The notes beneath the pieces were generated by a model. That model had not been told where the DNA came from, did no database searches, and saw only the letters and a program-made list of their open reading frames with translations. Positions 19,627 through 28,741 of a DNA stretch of 64,000 nt are shown one piece after another (positions within the stretch are counted from its first letter, which is position 1; every line of letters begins with the position of its first letter). Made by a program: the position numbers and the translations under genes. The stretch is from the NCBI GenBank assembly GCA_016930515.1, contig JAFGGO010000061.1, positions 32,001 through 96,000 on the forward strand. The letters are read 5' to 3'. This DNA comes from Promethearchaeota archaeon. Lineage in GTDB: Archaea; Asgardarchaeota; Lokiarchaeia; Sigyniarchaeales; SOKP01.

Positions 19627-20853
19627 ATGATAAAAGAAATTAAAAAAGGAAACACCTTCGTTGTTAGAGGTGCAACGCGAGTTAAGTTACTTGAAGGTGA
19701 ATTGGAAGTTCTTGGAAAAGACATATTGCCGGGTAAGGAAGACGTTCCAACGGACGAGTCTGAATCAAGCGAAGGGATAGTCATCGTTCCAAGCGCATTG
19801 TCATTTCCATTATTCGCAACAAAAAATTCAAAACTTGAAATTTTTACAAGTAGTGATGAGAATATTGAATTAGTAAGTGAAAATTCCATCCCTCTTGAAT
19901 GGAAAAAAATTAAAGATAATTTGATCGAAAAAATCAAGAATTACGAAAGTACAAAGCCTCTAAAAATAATGGTCCTGGGAATTAGTAGTGGTAAAACAAC
20001 CTTAATAAAATATCTCGCCAATAATTTCATAAGAGAGGGACTTCAAGGCGGGTATTTAGATAGCGATTTGGGGCAACAAATTTTACTCCCAACCACCCTC
20101 ATGGTGGGCTTGATAGACAAACCGTTCATAAACCTCAAGGAAATTGGCGAAGAAAAGAGATATTTTGTTGGAGCGACCTTTCCAAAAGGAAACCTCAAGT
20201 TTATCGTATCTCATTACACGAATGCCATGATTGAAGAATTCTCTAAAAATCACAAAAATCTCAAGTATATATTGATTGATACGGACGGATGGGTAAAAAC
20301 CGAAGCAGGATGTGTTTACAAAAGTTATTTCGTGAAGAAAGTCGATCCAGACATTCTAATCGTGTTTTTTGACAAGGAGATCGAAGAATACGATAAAATT
20401 CTTTCCAATGCAAAGGAAAGAAAGGATAGGAATGTCATCTTGATAAACGAGAAAAACAAGTATTTCTACGAAAAATCCAAAGAAGAACGAAGGTTTCTCC
20501 GTCAAAGTCGATTTGCTCAGGTTTTTGAAAACTTTCAGAAAATTACCATCCCTTTAAGAGATTTAATATTTATAAAACGTGATTACGATACCGAAAAAGA
20601 CGAAGTTATTGAAGTTGAGTTAGGTCTTAAGAATTTAGTGAGCCTTCCATACCATTATGTAATCGTGGGATTATTAGATGCTAATTCAAGCTTGTTAAAT
20701 GTTGCGTTGCTTTTTACCGTAAACATTGAAAAAGGATACGCTTTGATTTTTACAGATCTTTCATACAAAGAACAGAGAAAGATAAAAAAGATCTTGCTCG
20801 GAAGCTTGAGACTTTCCATAAAAGGAAACCATCAAGGATACCTTTATTTGTAG
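19627..20853 (+). CDS. Clp1/Nol9/Grc3 family polynucleotide 5'-OH kinase
   Basis: VLGISSGKTTL (P-loop), LDSDLGQ, IDTDGWV, KEERRFLR clasp; N-terminal beta-rich domain. Confidence 0.88.
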   Translation: MIKEIKKGNTFVVRGATRVKLLEGELEVLGKDILPGKEDVPTDESESSEGIVIVPSALSFPLFATKNSKLEIFTSSDENIELVSENSIPLEWKKIKDNLIEKIKNYESTKPLKIMVLGISSGKTTLIKYLANNFIREGLQGGYLDSDLGQQILLPTTLMVGLIDKPFINLKEIGEEKRYFVGATFPKGNLKFIVSHYTNAMIEEFSKNHKNLKYILIDTDGWVKTEAGCVYKSYFVKKVDPDILIVFFDKEIEEYDKILSNAKERKDRNVILINEKNKYFYEKSKEERRFLRQSRFAQVFENFQKITIPLRDLIFIKRDYDTEKDEVIEVELGLKNLVSLPYHYVIVGLLDANSSLLNVALLFTVNIEKGYALIFTDLSYKEQRKIKKILLGSLRLSIKGNHQGYLYL

Positions 20854-20906
20854 GTATATTCTTTACTAATACAAACTGATCTTTTTGGATTGGATTTGAT
20901 GTTCTA

Positions 20907-22379
20907 ATGGACGAGAATAAGCTCTTGAAATTCGTAGAACTCATGTCAAAAAACATCTCTGATTCTGATCTCGAATTAGTTAATTTGGGATCTTCCTTAG
21001 GATTGGATTTAGTTTCGTTTCGAGAACTCAGAGAATCTCAAGAAGACGATTTCGTCGATAAAATAAGGTCTAAAGCTCTTAAAATCATGAAAAAAAACGG
21101 AGATAATCTTTTGAGCAATAAAGACTTGTTCTACGCAGGGAGCATAGATTTCATGGTTTCTGACGAACCCGGAGGAAAAAAGTTTTTCCTTCTTGAAACG
21201 AATGGTGGGAGCAATAGGGGGCTTTCGATTCTTTCAAATAAGCAACAATCCATCATGTACAACGGTTATTTTAAGGCCATTGAGCAAGCTATCGAGAGCA
21301 ATAAGAGAGGAGACGGTAGGATTTTATGTTTAGTCGGTGTTCCGATAAATGACGGATTAATTCACGAAAAAGTGATCATGCTCGATTATTTGAGAAAAAA
21401 AATCAGGGAGAAAGGAATGAGCGTGAAAATATACAATGTAAACAATTTTTCTAGCGATTTTGAAGTCGAGGTGGCTTTCTTGATTGCTGATTACAACCAA
21501 TTGTCTACCACGATCTCCTTCATAGATAATTGGGTGGTTTTTAAGGAACACGCCAGAGTTTCGGTTTTAATCGGAGATGGAATTGCTCGAAGGCTCCACG
21601 ACGAGGCTTTTTCTATGTTAATACTAGAAGATTTCAGGAAGATAAATTCAATTATCATAAATCCCGTCTTTAGGATAACCGATGATAAGTCTCTTACCTA
21701 CTTGGCCAGCCATTTTGCTAGGAATGAGTTGGAAAAATACGATCTGAAGTACCTTCATTTTACAAAAGCAAATACAGAAGAAGAATTAATAGAAAAACTC
21801 AAGCACTTGTTAAAAAAATATAATAAACCCTTTATCATCAAACCAAACGGTGGTTCTGGTGGGGCAGGAGTTGTTCCTATAGGTCCCGAACAGGATTTTA
21901 ACGAACTTCAAAACTTGATAGAAAAAAGTAAATCCGAATTTTTTTCAAAATTCATGAAGAATAGGAACCCTTACCCGTATACAATACAAGAAATGGCTCA
22001 ATTCTCTCTTATTTGCCCACCTTGGAAGATAGATAAAATGGAAAAGCACACTTTTGATGTGAGAATTTACATGTCACAAGATAAAGACGGTATCATCATC
22101 CCCATAGGGGGTCTTGCGAGAATTGCCCGCAAAACATATCACGGTACTCTTGATAAGGAAGAGTTTGTAGTAAACCTCTCTGGTTTTAACGGAGAAATCG
22201 AAGTGTTTCGCGGTAGAGGTATTTCAAAAAAGAACGCTGAAATTCTGGATTTAAATAAGAAAGACCTCGTGAAGATCTTTTCTATAGGTTGTATTCTTTT
22301 CGCAAGCATGGCAAATAACTACAAAAAAATAATATCATTTAACGATTGGGACAAGTTGATTGGTCAAGATGAATGTTAG
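20907..22379 (+). CDS. Circularly permuted ATP-grasp amide/peptide ligase
   Basis: N-terminal GSIDF...FLLETN, then INP...TDDK, IIKPNGGSGGAG, YTIQE, FDVRIY, GGLARIA, VVNLS. Confidence 0.82.
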   Translation: MDENKLLKFVELMSKNISDSDLELVNLGSSLGLDLVSFRELRESQEDDFVDKIRSKALKIMKKNGDNLLSNKDLFYAGSIDFMVSDEPGGKKFFLLETNGGSNRGLSILSNKQQSIMYNGYFKAIEQAIESNKRGDGRILCLVGVPINDGLIHEKVIMLDYLRKKIREKGMSVKIYNVNNFSSDFEVEVAFLIADYNQLSTTISFIDNWVVFKEHARVSVLIGDGIARRLHDEAFSMLILEDFRKINSIIINPVFRITDDKSLTYLASHFARNELEKYDLKYLHFTKANTEEELIEKLKHLLKKYNKPFIIKPNGGSGGAGVVPIGPEQDFNELQNLIEKSKSEFFSKFMKNRNPYPYTIQEMAQFSLICPPWKIDKMEKHTFDVRIYMSQDKDGIIIPIGGLARIARKTYHGTLDKEEFVVNLSGFNGEIEVFRGRGISKKNAEILDLNKKDLVKIFSIGCILFASMANNYKKIISFNDWDKLIGQDEC

Positions 22380-23523
22380 TACTCTAGAAAAATTATTAGA
22401 TACTTCAAAGCGAAAAGACCTTTTTGACGAAATTTTAAATAAGTTGCAAGATTTAGATGGAACTAACGGATTTACTTGCGAACTTCACAAAATATCTGAA
22501 GGAACGATACCTGTCGTATATTTCAACAAGCAACATAATACCAACGAGGTCCAATCGCTTAAGATCTTTATTGGTGCCCAACACAACGAATATAACGGAT
22601 TATTTGGGATCTTGAATGTTTTAGATTTATTAAAAAACGAAGAGATCTCACATAGACCAATAATTAATAAAAGGCAAATTCTTGCGTTTTTTCCTATCAT
22701 GAATCCTTATGGCTTTCTCAATCCCCGAAAAGATAACAAATCAGGATATTTTTTAAAAAACGGTTCGAATTTGAACAGGTTTTGGCGTAGAACCTTCGTT
22801 CCAGGATTTGAAGGAAACGAAGCAGATCTTATTGATCATCCAATACCAGAACACGCCATCCTTTTAAAAAAATTAATCAAACCTTATTGGGACAACGAGA
22901 AAATTGCCATTTATATTATAGATTTTCACGAGACCTCCCTCTTAGAGAGGTTTCCTAAAGAACTTAGCATGAATTTAAGCCCATATTATAAGTTCGATCA
23001 TTGGTTAAAGGAATCTATCGTTGAAAATGTGATGAGATTATACGATATTAAGAGTTTTCGAGAACCATTATTCTTCAAGTGTAATAATTCGGCAGATCAC
23101 AATCATTTGAACTTGTCGTTCAAGCAAGTGGAAAAGGTTCGCGAAAAATTATTCGAATTTATGGCTGAAAATCGTAGGAAATTACCCTTTTATCTCGTGC
23201 ACAGCAAAAAAAGCAAGGAACCATGCACACAACTAAGTATACGAGTTTTAGAAAAATTAGGAAATATCTTGTGGAAGACGGCAATTGCCGTTCACGATCA
23301 CGAGTTTCACGACCACGGTTGCTTGGTAAGAATGAACGATGTTGCGAAACGAGAAAATTTATTTTGCGTGGAATTGGAAAACCAAAAGCAATTTTTCGAC
23401 TTGTTTGAAGAAAAAATGAAATCAACGGCAGATTCGGAATATTTTCAAAATAAGTTAGAAACGGTCAACAAGACGATCGAGTTGATAAAGGAAACGATAA
23501 TCGAGACGATTAGATTGCCCTAA
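22369..23523 (+). CDS. M14-like zinc carboxypeptidase / succinylglutamate desuccinylase-aspartoacylase superfamily protein
   Basis: GAQHNE, PIMNPYG, NLNRFW, IDFHE, CVELE; ATG at 22369 overlaps upstream gene by 11 nt (ORF track starts at TTG 22360). Confidence 0.78.
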   Translation: MNVSTLEKLLDTSKRKDLFDEILNKLQDLDGTNGFTCELHKISEGTIPVVYFNKQHNTNEVQSLKIFIGAQHNEYNGLFGILNVLDLLKNEEISHRPIINKRQILAFFPIMNPYGFLNPRKDNKSGYFLKNGSNLNRFWRRTFVPGFEGNEADLIDHPIPEHAILLKKLIKPYWDNEKIAIYIIDFHETSLLERFPKELSMNLSPYYKFDHWLKESIVENVMRLYDIKSFREPLFFKCNNSADHNHLNLSFKQVEKVREKLFEFMAENRRKLPFYLVHSKKSKEPCTQLSIRVLEKLGNILWKTAIAVHDHEFHDHGCLVRMNDVAKRENLFCVELENQKQFFDLFEEKMKSTADSEYFQNKLETVNKTIELIKETIIETIRLP

Positions 23524-23543
23524 AAAAACGCCTAGGAGTTATC

Positions 23544-24542
23544 TCAGGCGTTTAAGAATCTAAGGGAGGCCCCAACAAGCGACACTTCGCTCTTTTTCAA
23601 TGAATGACCTCCTTTTTTAAACACAACAACCTGATCTTCGCTAAGGTCTAATGCTTTCATGTTTTCCTCTAAATTCTTAAATTTGATGACTTTATCGTTT
23701 TTAGCATGGATTAAAAGCACTTTTTTTTTAAACTCGAACCACTCTTGTTCAGAAAGACGGTTTTTTACCGATTTGAAGACCAGACAAGGCGATAATTTCT
23801 CGTTTTTTTCATTGCTGGGGTGGATGCTCACGCCTTTCAGTAAGTATCGTAGCACGACTACCAGATTGTGTTTGGCAGAGTTTTTCTTAAAATTAGAAAA
23901 AGAGGAAATCGCAATGATTTTTTCGACGTCTTTCCTGGGAAATCCCCCGCACAAGGCGGCCATAGCCCCAATACTCACGCCAGCAGCGTAGACTTTCATT
24001 CGATTTAAATCCCTGTTTTGCTTGATCCAATCCACGATTGTTCCAAAATCCTCAATTCGCTCGATAAATTGTCCCCTTCTCCCTGCTTTTTTTGACTTGC
24101 CAGAACCTCTTGCGTCGTAAGTCAAAATCGTATATCCTTGAAGGGCGAGCGGTAAGAAATAATATTGAAGCGTTTCTTTCGTATCTGAAAACCCGTGACA
24201 AACGATTAGAATCGCATCTTTTGGCTTGATAAGGTCTTGATTTTTGGGTCTTACGATATCAGCAGCTATGTATTTTCCTGGCTGAATTTCTATGTATTCC
24301 TCGCTTATATCAAGATACCGAGACTTTAATCGCTTCCACCGGTCAAACCACATGTCTCGAAAAGTCCAATATATTTCGAACGGGGTGTAAATAATTAAAA
24401 ATGTCGTGGTTGACAAGGATAAGCAAGTTTTAAAGGTGTTACCCCAACTGGCGTTCACATCCCAGATATAAGCGGAGACGATGATGGCCACGGTCGCCAC
24501 TGCAAGCCTTTTTGGTAATTTTTTCTTGAAATTTTCAAGCAT
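23544..24542 (-). CDS. Membrane-anchored alpha/beta hydrolase
   Basis: Two N-terminal hydrophobic segments; HGF, YDARGSG, GVSIG nucleophile, ND, GGHS. Confidence 0.9.
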   Translation of the reverse strand: MLENFKKKLPKRLAVATVAIIVSAYIWDVNASWGNTFKTCLSLSTTTFLIIYTPFEIYWTFRDMWFDRWKRLKSRYLDISEEYIEIQPGKYIAADIVRPKNQDLIKPKDAILIVCHGFSDTKETLQYYFLPLALQGYTILTYDARGSGKSKKAGRRGQFIERIEDFGTIVDWIKQNRDLNRMKVYAAGVSIGAMAALCGGFPRKDVEKIIAISSFSNFKKNSAKHNLVVVLRYLLKGVSIHPSNEKNEKLSPCLVFKSVKNRLSEQEWFEFKKKVLLIHAKNDKVIKFKNLEENMKALDLSEDQVVVFKKGGHSLKKSEVSLVGASLRFLNA

Positions 24543-24735
24543 CTTAATTAATCTATTGATAGTGTCTTAAAAGCTAAGATGGATAAAATAAAAAAGCGAG
24601 GATTAAATTAAAACCTAAGGAATTATAAACTTTTATTCGTATTGAAATAATCATATATTAATATCGTTTAGTATCTGGATTATTTTCAGGCAAATAATCG
24701 GGTTTATAAAAAATGGAAAAATCTAAATTTCAAGC

Positions 24736-24790
24736 ACCATTTTTTCACCTAAAATACCATTTTCACCAGTATTTTACCACTTATTTATAA
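24736..24790 (+). promoter_or_regulatory. Direct repeats next to a TATA-like box upstream of the acidic protein gene
   Basis: ACCATTTTTTCACC (24736), ACCATTTTCACC (24756), ATTTTACCAC (24771), then TTATTTATAA (24781) and SD-like GGTGA near 24800. Confidence 0.5.
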
Positions 24791-24813
24791 ACGCACGAAG
24801 GTGAGTTGATTCA

Positions 24814-25179
24814 ATGGCAAAGAAAAAGAAAGTTATGCCCGAACCCGAAGACGATGAGGTTCCTGACGGAGTTGTTGACGAGGACGGTGACGAAGTCTTA
24901 GATTTGGATGCGGAAAAGGACGATGACCTTTACGACGATATCGAATACGACCTGAGCCAGATTGAGGATGACATGTTAGCCGACGAGAATGAGGACGAGG
25001 AATTTGGCCCCGAGATTGACGATGTTATCAAAATGCTTAGAGCTGTCAAATGCGCGCCATGTCCTGGAAGCAAATCCAAGGTAGAATGTCAAATACGACA
25101 CGATTACGGCTGCCCGCCCGACAAAGCGGAAAAGTTCGTCCCGAAGACCGAGGCTGAGAGAAGAAAAAAAGTAAAATAA
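24814..25179 (+). CDS. Small highly acidic protein with Cys4 motif and basic termini
   Basis: D/E-rich tract of about 60 aa, C-x2-C-x8-C-x7-C, SD-like GGTGA upstream. Confidence 0.8.
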   Translation: MAKKKKVMPEPEDDEVPDGVVDEDGDEVLDLDAEKDDDLYDDIEYDLSQIEDDMLADENEDEEFGPEIDDVIKMLRAVKCAPCPGSKSKVECQIRHDYGCPPDKAEKFVPKTEAERRKKVK

Positions 25180-25511
25180 CGATCCATCGCTACAACACCC
25201 AAGAAAAAATCGATAACTATCCTTTATTTATCTTTTTTTCACAATGATAATCATAATAAACAGATTATATAATAATATGGGATTAATATATAAAAGTATG
25301 AGGAAGAACTATCATTTCCTTTGTTAACTTTTTCTCTTTTTTGACTTGAATGTGGAGTTTTTAAAGATAATTCGAAATGAAGTTATTCTATATTATGAAC
25401 TTACTACAAAAGTCCAGAGAATTGAGAAACTCAAAAATGGAAACCGATATTAAAATTAAGAAATTGGGCTTAGAAAGCATTAATCAGACCAATTGCTCCA
25501 GATAATTAATA

Positions 25512-26516
25512 TTAGTATTCTATTAGGTTCTGAATCATCCTTGTAATGCCTATGTCAAAAAAGTTAGTAAATGCGTTAAGGTAATATTTGACAATGTTTC
25601 TAAATTGTAATTCTGGTGCAAGTTGCTCATCGTGTTCAATCGATTCAAGTTCTTGGTTTAATTCAGATAGGAACACCTGAAATTTCGAAACCGTTTCTTC
25701 GTTAATATTATCAAAATTCTTGATGAGGTTTTGCAATAGGTTTGGAATCTTGATTAGCAACGAGGAATACTTATTGACGGTTTCAGAAGGTAACTTAAGG
25801 AAGCGAAAAGCCTCATTGATGAAATCACGGATGTAGAGTAGCACGACGCGGTTTCCTAAGAATCGAATGATAGGCAAGTTCCGATATCCTTTAGAAAGGT
25901 GATATCCCGAAAGACCCGTGATCAAAATCCTCGTTCCCAAGGAATATTTGCGATCAATTTCGGCCATAATAAGTTCGTAATTCGCTATTTCTATTTTTGC
26001 ACCTTTTTTTTTCGATGATTCTATTATAGATTCAATAATTGTTTTAAACACCATAGCAAGGTCTTTCAACACATCTATTAAATCTGTTTTTGAAGTGTCT
26101 AATAGGAAAATAATGTAAAATTCGTTACTTTCGACGATGTCCTTGAAATCTATCGCAATGATTTCTTGCCTTAATTTTATGAGCAATTCGTACAATTTTT
26201 GCTTAATATTCTGGTTATATTTTATATAAATTTCGTCTACATTGAGTTTAAAAGCAGAAATAATTGCCTGGTTTAGTAATGCTAAAGTCCATTCTTTTCC
26301 CGATTTTACGGGGTTAATTCTCAAGACGCGCTTTTGTTCGTCTTCTCGAGTAGCAATGATTATATTTCTATCGTTGATAGGATACATGATAACTTCAGAT
26401 TTCTCTTTTAAATCTGCGGCTTCGGCCCATTCTTGAGGAAAAGTCACTGCCTTGGAGTTTCCAAGCTTTATTATATTTCGAACATACTTGTCTTTAAAAC
26501 CACTCATTTTATTCAC
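25512..26516 (-). CDS. AbrB/MazE-type DNA-binding domain plus PhoU-like helical domains (archaeal phosphate-uptake-regulator architecture)
   Basis: RNIIKLGNSKAVTFPQEWA; IISAFKLNVDEI; EIDRKY. Confidence 0.75.
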   Translation of the reverse strand: MNKMSGFKDKYVRNIIKLGNSKAVTFPQEWAEAADLKEKSEVIMYPINDRNIIIATREDEQKRVLRINPVKSGKEWTLALLNQAIISAFKLNVDEIYIKYNQNIKQKLYELLIKLRQEIIAIDFKDIVESNEFYIIFLLDTSKTDLIDVLKDLAMVFKTIIESIIESSKKKGAKIEIANYELIMAEIDRKYSLGTRILITGLSGYHLSKGYRNLPIIRFLGNRVVLLYIRDFINEAFRFLKLPSETVNKYSSLLIKIPNLLQNLIKNFDNINEETVSKFQVFLSELNQELESIEHDEQLAPELQFRNIVKYYLNAFTNFFDIGITRMIQNLIEY

Positions 26517-26574
26517 TCGACTTAATTCTTGTATAAAAGTTATATTTTTATATATGATCAGAATATAGTTATAT

Positions 26575-28614
26575 TTAATAATTTTTCGCTAATAATTTCA
26601 TTTCACTTCCTATTTGTTTGGTATTCAAACAATTATAAGTCGTTCTGATTTGATCGAGAAGGTTGTATAACTTACGAGATTCAATGCTTTTAAAACAATC
26701 AAATTCAAACCTATTAACGAAAAAATTAAACTTAATATCGGGGAGAGTATTTCCAGAAGCAAAAACTCTTTTTAACTCAGTATATTCGTCGTTAAAATCT
26801 TCTTGGAAATAAAGCATGTAAACTAACGAATCGGCCAATCTCTTGAAAAATATCTTGTAATCACCTAACTTTGGTTTGAAAACATCGAGAGATAGAGAGG
26901 GAGTAGTTAACGGTTTTAAATCGTACTCTAATTGAGAAAGGAATTGAAGTATTTTCCCCAAACGAGAAAGAGAAATTGGAAAATCGAAAGGTAATGGTAA
27001 ATGTTTTATGAAACTACCGTTATAGCGCATATATCCCCCCGACATGTGTAAAGTCCCATAAAGTGCGTTATACAATTCATTCATTAGAGTAGAATTTAGT
27101 ATTGTTAATAAGCTGAATAATTGATCATTGCTTAGGCTCGGAACTAACAAGAAATATAGCCCCGTAACATTAGTGAATATTCCGGGGTCGTAAACAAAAG
27201 TCAATTCTCGGGCGATTTCCCTGAAAACGAGCTTTTTTTGTGCCATTTCTTGCCAAATATCTTCAAATTTATTCTCAAATCGGTAATAGCTCGGAATTAA
27301 TTCTTTTCGCGCTATGCGTATCTTCTTGTCAAACACGAAGTGATATTTTCCAACATTTCCTGTCCCCAACAATATCATGTCTTTTGGCGAACTCTTATTT
27401 TCAGCGATATTATCAAGATTTTTAGACCAGTTTAAGAATCCAAAAGGTCTATATATTATCTTTAAATCCGGGAAAATTTCATTCAAAGAATTATATTTCG
27501 AGAATACCTGTTCAACCATGGAAAGATTTCCAGAAATCGGAAATACCCATTTAGGTAACTTTTTAATCAAACCAATATCAACCATCTTTATATTGCTCCC
27601 ATTTTCGTGGTCAAATTGTAGTAAAGAATCATAGTTACATAATTTCACTGAGTAGTTTTGATGTGAAGCGGTGTTTTTTAAATATAATATTATTGGATAA
27701 GCGGCCTTTTTTCCAAAAACGCCCAACGAGGAGATATTAGCGATTTCTTCCACTTGAACATTTTTTAATATAAATTCTCGTATTCTAACACCATAGTCAG
27801 CAGAAAGAAACTTATTTGGTAATATATAACTAACGAATCCTTCCCTTTTTACTATCAATAATGCCTTTTCGATAAATAAGACGGATAGATCAAATAATTT
27901 ATAGGCGGAACGATAAAGCTTGCTCAATTGTTTTTTGTATTGGAAGTTCTTATTTTTTTTATTTTCGATATAGGGCGGATTGCCAATAATGATGTCAAAT
28001 TTTTTATCGTTTTTAAATTCCGTGAGAAAATCGAACTCATAAATGTTTAAGTGAATTCCGATTATTTTTAGGATTTTTTCAGCTGAAATGGTATCAGAAT
28101 TGATAAATTCAAGCTCTCGAGGGATTTCTGCACTATCAGATAAATACCAACAAATCAATCGCAATCGAGCGATACTAGCGGTTTCTTTATCAATTTCGAC
28201 TCCAAAAAGAGATTTTTCGAGGATATCTTTTTTCAATTCGGACTCTGATCGATCAGAACTTATTAATTTGAACATGATTAGTAACAAATTCGCAGTAGCG
28301 ATCAGGAATCTCCCTGTCCCGCAGGAGGGATCCAAAATCGTGATATTTTCTATTTTATTTAATAAAAATTCGTTTAGGTGGGTTTTGTTGATTATTTCTT
28401 CAAGGGGAGCAACTGAGTAAGGAATTCCTATATAGGACAATAACACTTTATTAACCATCTTTTCGACAATAATCCTTGGAGTGTAGGCTATTCCACTTTC
28501 TTGGGCTTTAATTTTGTTATGTTCGCTTAACTGACGATTTTCAAACTCTTCGATTAATCCCATAATCTTTTGTTTAAGTAGGGTTTTTTTATTGGTTGTC
28601 ATGATATCGTTCAT
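26575..28614 (-). CDS. N6-adenine DNA methyltransferase, gamma class (TaqI/Eco57I-like) with C-terminal target-recognition domain
   Basis: YTPR, LDPSCGTGRF, GVEID, IIGNPPY, ILPNKFL, ILNS. Confidence 0.92.
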   Translation of the reverse strand: MNDIMTTNKKTLLKQKIMGLIEEFENRQLSEHNKIKAQESGIAYTPRIIVEKMVNKVLLSYIGIPYSVAPLEEIINKTHLNEFLLNKIENITILDPSCGTGRFLIATANLLLIMFKLISSDRSESELKKDILEKSLFGVEIDKETASIARLRLICWYLSDSAEIPRELEFINSDTISAEKILKIIGIHLNIYEFDFLTEFKNDKKFDIIIGNPPYIENKKNKNFQYKKQLSKLYRSAYKLFDLSVLFIEKALLIVKREGFVSYILPNKFLSADYGVRIREFILKNVQVEEIANISSLGVFGKKAAYPIILYLKNTASHQNYSVKLCNYDSLLQFDHENGSNIKMVDIGLIKKLPKWVFPISGNLSMVEQVFSKYNSLNEIFPDLKIIYRPFGFLNWSKNLDNIAENKSSPKDMILLGTGNVGKYHFVFDKKIRIARKELIPSYYRFENKFEDIWQEMAQKKLVFREIARELTFVYDPGIFTNVTGLYFLLVPSLSNDQLFSLLTILNSTLMNELYNALYGTLHMSGGYMRYNGSFIKHLPLPFDFPISLSRLGKILQFLSQLEYDLKPLTTPSLSLDVFKPKLGDYKIFFKRLADSLVYMLYFQEDFNDEYTELKRVFASGNTLPDIKFNFFVNRFEFDCFKSIESRKLYNLLDQIRTTYNCLNTKQIGSEMKLLAKNY

Positions 28615-28741
28615 CTTGCTTGGAAATGAATTCGTCCTTTACATATTATTGATATATTTAATAATACCTCGTGTAAGGGTTTAAAAGAATAACTATCATA
28701 TTTGTGCACAAGTAGAACAAACGCAATGTTATTTATAAGTC

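Noticed and set aside
25395-25505. Short 36-codon ORF (MNLLQKSRE...)
   Set aside because: Too short, with no motif or ribosome-binding evidence
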